From the IMG/VR virus record IMGVR_UViG_3300001687_001193: a stretch of DNA of 62,023 nt, one strand, 5' to 3'. The translations under genes were made by a program, and so were the position numbers. The DNA comes from a virus. The notes beneath the pieces were generated by a model. That model saw only the letters and a list, made by a program, of their open reading frames with translations. It had not been told where the DNA came from and did no database searches. Positions 61,817 to 62,023 of the stretch are shown piece after piece (positions within the stretch are counted from its first letter, which is position 1; each line of letters starts with the position of its first letter).

Positions 61817-62023
61817 ATGCCAAAAGTAAAAACTACTCCGATCTATAGCCATGACTATTTGGGTGGCTGGGAATTTGAAGATATACAAGAGGGACACACT
61901 ATTGTGGAATTAGATAAAGGTCTGATAGATGAATATAATAAAGCGATGGATAAGTATCTGGCGGTGTGTCAAAAGATTAAAGACAAACTCCATGAGCTTG
62001 GCGTACTACATGAAGCCTCATAG
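61817..62023 (+). CDS. hypothetical protein (window-end ORF, possibly short)
   Basis: AAGGAGGA RBS; ends at a TAG at the window edge. Confidence 0.35.
   Translation: MPKVKTTPIYSHDYLGGWEFEDIQEGHTIVELDKGLIDEYNKAMDKYLAVCQKIKDKLHELGVLHEAS

Noticed and set aside
1-62023. Alternative genetic code / stop-codon recoding (suggested by the many tRNAs and odd anticodon loops)
   Set aside because: ORFs terminate cleanly at TAA, TAG and TGA with tight gene packing under the standard code. I found no suppressor anticodon (CUA, UCA or UUA) among the tRNAs folded.
1-62023. CRISPR arrays and classical mobile elements (transposase or integrase)
   Set aside because: No regularly spaced short repeats and no transposase or integrase-like motifs were seen. 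The only selfish elements found are the homing endonucleases and the intein.

Overview
Read as a 62-kb stretch of a large (probably jumbo or huge) bacteriophage genome. Almost all genes are on the + strand, most are short, they are tightly packed and preceded by GGAGG-like ribosome-binding sites, the standard genetic code fits, and GC is about 42 percent. The dominant theme is a translation/RNA arsenal. I hand-folded at least 30 tRNA or tRNA-like genes, none encoding CCA, scattered singly or in pairs between protein genes. The window also encodes an EF-Tu homolog, an RNase Z-like MBL hydrolase, two paralogous Pol-beta-fold nucleotidyltransferases, three homing endonucleases (two HNH, one LAGLIDADG), and a Ro60/TROVE+vWA protein followed immediately by a long T-run-terminated hairpin RNA (a Y-RNA-like candidate). 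Other recognisable genes: Ham1/RdgB ITPase, MazG-like and dATP/dGTP-pyrophosphohydrolase-like enzymes, a GMP-reductase-like IMPDH-family protein, a CYTH triphosphatase, a J-domain-Ser/Thr-kinase fusion, two Cys-based phosphatases, vWA and pyruvate-kinase-like barrel proteins, a GNAT, a Gp37/Gp68-like protein, an M42 aminopeptidase, an S24-like peptidase, a metallophosphoesterase, and a PAN/ARC-like AAA+ ATPase. That ATPase has its Walker-A GK|T split by a 410-aa intein carrying LAGLIDADG motifs. Things worth a second look: several non-canonical tRNA genes (one split in the anticodon loop by a 68-nt structured insert; several with expanded variable regions; two paralogous Arg-like genes with an 8-nt D region and 24-25-nt variable region; two with acceptor and T arms but no foldable anticodon arm). 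Also a GC-rich 0.8-kb island with tRNA-like elements and a structured RNA, a family of four small proteins sharing an N-terminal GF(I/V)SNSS(T/S)SSF tag, and a 158-bp direct repeat flanking a membrane-protein plus tRNA cassette. All tRNA folds were done by hand and need software confirmation.
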